Assembly (NCBI RefSeq): GCF_009914755.1 | Contig: NC_060936.1 | Direction: 5' to 3' (one strand) | DNA: 64,000 nt | Source: the human T2T-CHM13v2.0 reference genome, Homo sapiens | Made by a program: the position numbers and the translations under genes | Shown here: piece after piece, positions 63,221 to 64,000 of the stretch | Numbering within the stretch: the stretch's first letter is position 1 | How the letters are laid out: every line of letters starts with the position of its first letter | Notes under the pieces: model-generated | What the model was told of the DNA's origin: nothing | What the model saw: the letters and a program-made list of their open reading frames with translations, nothing else | Databases searched by the model: none

Positions 63221-63709
63221 CTGCAAAAGAGCATTTGATACGGTGACCACAAGCTGGTAAAAACTGCCATCATTTGCTGGGCCCTTCTACACGCAGGGCC
63301 CTACTGAGCCCACTTTCTCCACTACCTCATTTCAACCTCACAATAATCCCATGACAAAGGCACTCCAATCTCCATCACTCAAGAAGGAAAGTGAGGATCA
63401 GAGAAATTAGGTAATTGCTCAAGGCTGAACCTAATAAATGGCAGACACGCCCCCCAAAAGACAGCCCTGGCCCCTAAGCCTGAGTGCTCCTAACCATTGT
63501 GCTTGAGTGACAGCCTCTGGGCACAGGCACCAGGTGGAGGAGAGCACCTCACCGAGCCCCAAGAGGAGCAGAATGGCACTGCCCAAGGGAGACTCTATAT
63601 CCTAGGTCTTTTTAAAGATCTTGAGTAACCTGATTAAATCCTCCCTGCATCCCTCAAGTTCCTGAGTTAGAGCCACATGTTTTCAAGGGCCAAATGGCAT
63701 TCTAGAAAC

Positions 63710-64000
63710 CTGCATATATTGCTGGTGGGAATGTAAAATGGTGCAGCCACTTTAGAAAACAGTTTGGCAGGTCCTCGAATGATTAAACATAGAATTACCA
63801 CATGACCCAGCAATTCTGTTCCCAGAGAAATGAAAACGTAAGTCCACATAGAGACTTTGCATGAATGTTCATAACAGCATTACACACAATAGCCAAAAAG
63901 TGCAAACAACCCAAATGTCCATCAACTGATGAATGGGTAAAGAAAATGTGGTCTACACTGTGGAATATTATTCTGCCATAAAAAGGAATGAAGTATTGAT
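63710..64000 (+). mobile_element. L1M 3' fragment (runs off window)
   Basis: gctggtgggaatgtaaaatggtgcagccact..aaatgtccatcaactgatgaatgg. Confidence 0.85.

Noticed and set aside
62692-63246. 184-aa + strand ORF
   Set aside because: Antisense shadow of a KCTD10 exon plus intron; non-ATG start and no recognisable domain.

Overview
Human (primate) genomic DNA, recognisable as the MYO1H / KCTD10 tail-to-tail locus on 12q24.11. On the + strand I traced 30 GT-AG coding exons (214-54076) that splice into one continuous frame of 2943 nt (980 aa plus stop). They encode a class I myosin: motor with P-loop GESGAGKT, switch [10 protein letters not shown] and switch II DIYGFE, then an IQ neck and a TH1/PH tail. 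The first coding exon(s) lie upstream of the window. On the - strand lie the last two coding exons and the ~2.9 kb 3'UTR of KCTD10. Introns are dense in Alu (roughly 55-60 copies or fragments) plus L1, L2, MIR, MaLR LTRs and hAT/Tigger DNA transposon fossils, and nearly all entries in the ORF track are Alu- or microsatellite-derived artefacts. I find no new gene system. The best unexplained structures are: (1) a 53-bp exact copy of KCTD10 3'UTR sequence, preceded by stuttered repeats, inside a MER5A 4 kb away (templated-insertion scar); (2) a ~350-bp, >90% identical inverted duplication in the last KCTD10 intron; (3) a frame-compensating alternative donor/acceptor pair just before switch II of MYO1H; (4) an Alu inserted in the branch-point zone of a MYO1H exon; (5) a tail-less ~47-bp young L1 insertion with a ~20-bp target duplication; (6) a ~365-bp perfectly alternating purine-pyrimidine tract. 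Repeat subfamily calls and variant identities come from memory, and repeat boundaries are approximate.
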